Source: Enoplolaimus lenunculus
Taxonomy: Eukaryota
Direction: 5' to 3'
Assembly (NCBI GenBank): GCA_030248215.1
Contig: JASANG010002922.1
Coordinates: 417,439-437,438, forward strand
DNA length: 20,000 bases
Shown: positions 18,433 through 20,000 of the stretch, piece after piece
Numbering within the stretch: position 1 is the first letter of the stretch
Layout of the letters: each line of letters begins with the position of its first letter
Program-made: the position numbers and the translations under genes
The notes under the pieces: model-generated
Database searches by the model: none
Seen by the model: the letters and a program-made list of their open reading frames with translations, nothing else
Told to the model about the DNA's origin: nothing

Positions 18433-18704
18433 CTGAAATTAAACGTAACAAAGTAAAGTGTTTATAAAATATTCAGTTATATCACGGGTGAAAAAAAAAA
18501 GAGGAAGTATGAGATGTATGAAAAATTTACGTACCCAGTGGCCTACAAGAAGAATAAATGGTATTTTTATATTTTTGGAAACACAAAAAATAGAAGCACT
18601 TTTAACTGGCTTTATAGAATAACCTTTTGGATCCTAAAACTCAAAGGAACTATACTTGCATTATATTTCGCATTTGTTTTATTCAAAACACTCGTAATAT
18701 CTTC

Positions 18705-18897
18705 GGCCCATGTTACTTTTAGGTGCATCCAGGTTTGTGGTGGGTCTAAAAAGGAGTAGGTTTAGATTCTAGATTACATTTTTTTGCTTAGGCATAGGCT
18801 TGGGCTTTAAGGAACACATTTTTGCAACGCTTCGGCTTAGGCTTATGCTTAGGAATACGCTTAATATACTGTTACGCCCCTAAAAGCAATATTGGCC
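18705..18897 (+). mobile_element. TTAGGC-containing MITE, subfamily B
   Basis: GGCCCATGTTACTTT...AATATTGGCC. TSD ATATCTTC/ATGTCTTC. Confidence 0.92.
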
Positions 18898-19007
18898 ATG
18901 TCTTCAATAGGGGCCTGTAGTAACGGGAAATTGTGACATTGTGTACGGCAACTTTTATGACGAAATATGGCAAATAATTTAACTCAAATTTAACAATAAA
19001 CAATCAC

Positions 19008-19099
19008 CTGTCTTTGCATGGACCGAGTAAGAATTTACAGTCGACACAGTTTGACACTAAAATTGATGCTGTCGAGTCAAAAACGAATATTTGACAATT
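19008..19099 (-). CDS. RP2: RP2/XRP2 homologue, first visible exon (NCQIFVFDSTASILVSNCVDCKFLLGPCKD-S), TBCC beta-helix
   Basis: TTTTAG acceptor and AG|GTGATT donor. Matches the recalled human RP2 segment [31 protein letters not shown]. Further 5' exon(s) not found in the window. Confidence 0.88.
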
Positions 19100-19218
19100 C
19101 TAAAATGTTTACAAAACAACACATTTTATTCATTTAAAACAAAAAAGTTTTACTCAAAAGTTATCGTAAATGAGTCCCACCATCCATGTATTCGTAACAA
19201 AATCGTACCCAACTATTA

Positions 19219-19517
19219 AGCCTTATTCATACGAGCAACTTTTTTGCAGCAAAAACTTGCAGTTGCAACCTGCAATTGCAAAGTTTGGTCAGAAAGCAGC
19301 CTTGAATTTCTTGTAGCTGCAAATTATTCGTTGAAATTCAGGTCGTCTAATTTAACTCGCACCTGTGAACGCAGTTCCAAGTAGTTTGAATTTCTTGCAC
19401 CTGCAATTTGACTGGTCAATCGGAATGTTCCTTTGAAAGTACTCACAGCTGCAAGTATTTCGTGCAAGTTTCAGCTGCGAGTTCTCGCTACAAAAACTTG
19501 CACGTGTGAATGGGGCT
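19219..19517. mobile_element. PIF/Harbinger-like (Tourist) MITE
   Basis: ~55-bp imperfect TIR AGCCTTATTCATACGAGCAACTTT.. / ..AAACTTGCACGTGTGAATGGGGCT. TTA TSD at 19216-19218 and 19518-19520. Confidence 0.82.
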
Positions 19518-19598
19518 TTACGTTCTGAGTTGTAATCCAACAGGATATACCAAGGGCAACCAGTTTTCAGTTTTATTATTAACCAAATTTACTTATAC

Positions 19599-19842
19599 CA
19601 AGAGTGCATGATGCAAGAGTGTGCAACTCTTTTTTGTTCCGCAACGTACAACAAAACGCACTCCTGGCGTAGCGTTTTTGGCCAGCCGACCCCCCTTGTT
19701 TAAAGGGGGGGTTGTCATGGTTCACATCGGTTGTACCCCCCTAAATACAGGGGGGGTTAGGGCAAAAATTCAACGCGTGCCAAGTGCATTCTTTTCTACA
19801 CAGAATATGCCCAGTTGCATACCCTTGTTAGTATGCGCATTG
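19599..19842. mobile_element. Unclassified MITE with CAAGAGTG termini (copy 2)
   Basis: CAAGAGTGTGCAACT / CAGTTGCATACCCTTG, two internal C-run/G-run hairpins, homologous to 15777-15943. Confidence 0.75.
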
Positions 19843-20000
19843 TAGGTGGCTGTGCCACACTTAAACCTATTTCAAACTAAAAACTAAAACTAAAATAAAA
19901 CCCTATATCAAAACCACACCTTAAGGGAGTCCCTGGCTCCACCTAGTCTCTCTTAGAACTTAAGTTAGGCTTAGGCGTTGCTACAAGGCGTAGAAATTGG

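Noticed and set aside
12455..18759. Short ORFs containing LGLGL/SLSLS runs
   Set aside because: These are translations of TTAGGC tracts within MITEs.
1208..18897. Recurring GGCC-ATGT repeats as a CRISPR array or true telomere
   Set aside because: They are dispersed, in both orientations, with TIRs and TSDs in a spliced eukaryotic context. There is no repeat-spacer periodicity, and the tracts are short and degenerate.
5505..19099. Functional link between the filter-altered channel and the arginine-less RP2
   Set aside because: They are convergent and 3.8 kb apart, so not an operon. Adjacency alone is no evidence of a shared system.
19352..19540. Minus ORF with Cys spacing vaguely like the RP2 beta-helix
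   Set aside because: It lies mostly inside the Harbinger-like MITE, the donor phase does not fit, and the true homologous exon is 19099-19008.

Overview
Eukaryotic genomic DNA, very probably nematode (TTAGGC telomere-type repeats, TTTCAG/TTTTAG splice acceptors). It holds two convergent spliced genes in MITE-dense non-coding DNA. (1) + strand: a 3-exon two-pore-domain K+ channel (K2P/TWK family), exons 5505-5574, 6365-6616 and 8465-10902, about 919 aa. Pore 1 is normal (STIGFG, assembled across intron 2). In pore 2 the TTIGF/YGD filter is replaced in register by VMQEYEA. It also has a short M1-P1 cap, a ~320-aa M2-M3 loop with PxIxIT-like and PPxY motifs, and a C-tail with a run of LC8-like TQT motifs. 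(2) - strand: six exons (19099 to 14702; N-terminus not found, probably beyond the window) of an RP2/XRP2 (TBCC-domain) homologue, only partly visible in the ORF track. Its arginine finger (human R118) is Trp and the E138 position is Val, although the frame and splice sites are intact. About 15% of the window is ~18 copies of one MITE family (two subfamilies) with GGCC(C/A)ATGT termini, 8-bp TSDs (Merlin-like) and oriented internal (TTAGGC)n tracts. hAT-, CMC-, Harbinger- and Tc1-like MITEs are also present. All calls were made by eye; no searches were run.
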